Positions 63,876 through 64,000 of a stretch of DNA of 64,000 nt are shown here, piece by piece. Source of the stretch: Paraspadella gotoi (Eukaryota > Animalia > Chaetognatha); the NCBI GenBank assembly GCA_051294375.1, contig CM119266.1:14364755-14428754 (forward strand), read 5' to 3'. The notes below the pieces were generated by a model, which made no database searches, had not been told where the DNA came from, and was given only the letters and a program-made list of their open reading frames with translations. Both the position numbers and the translations under genes were made by a program. Position 1 is the first letter of the stretch; every line of letters begins with the position of its first letter.

Positions 63876-64000
63876 GTGACGATTTATTCGAAAGATACTC
63901 TTGAGGCAGTTTTGTATGGTTAAAATAAATAAACTACATTGAGATGACTAATTTAAATTAAATTTAATTTAATTTAATTTAAATTAAATTGATTTACATA

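Overview
This is eukaryotic (invertebrate animal) genomic DNA with GT-AG introns, dense (GA)n/(CT)n and (GAC)n microsatellites, and ten N gaps. No prokaryotic features (operons, CRISPR) are present. The main gene is a + strand Tbx20/H15/midline-type T-box transcription factor. Its recognisable exons run from 12619 to 56661, but the first coding exon(s) were not found. Downstream lie an intronless EamA/SLC35G-like transporter (-), a complete 7-exon CCDC42/CFAP73 ciliary coiled-coil gene (+) and a divergent adenosine kinase (PfkB family, +, truncated by the window end). Much of the window is redundant: an ~11.4 kb inverted copy (38518-49855 vs 52472-64000), direct copies (13.6-17.0 vs 27.9-31.4 kb; 34.2-36.4 vs 50.2-52.5 kb) and smaller fold-backs. 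The copies differ mostly by 1-bp indels, join at microsatellites and abut identical 25-N gaps, so they are most likely long-read gap-filling or amplification chimeras rather than real paralogues. The inverted arm also shows the last adenosine kinase exon, an unknown membrane-protein ORF and the C-terminus of a DEG/ENaC channel. The best biological leads are RFX X-boxes around the CCDC42 neighbourhood (one perfect site inside the transporter CDS), a tight cluster of 5' splice-site consensus motifs at ~6 kb, and CtBP-type PLDLR motifs in the Tbx20 tail. I found no convincing wholly new system. All calls were made by eye; repeat boundaries are approximate.
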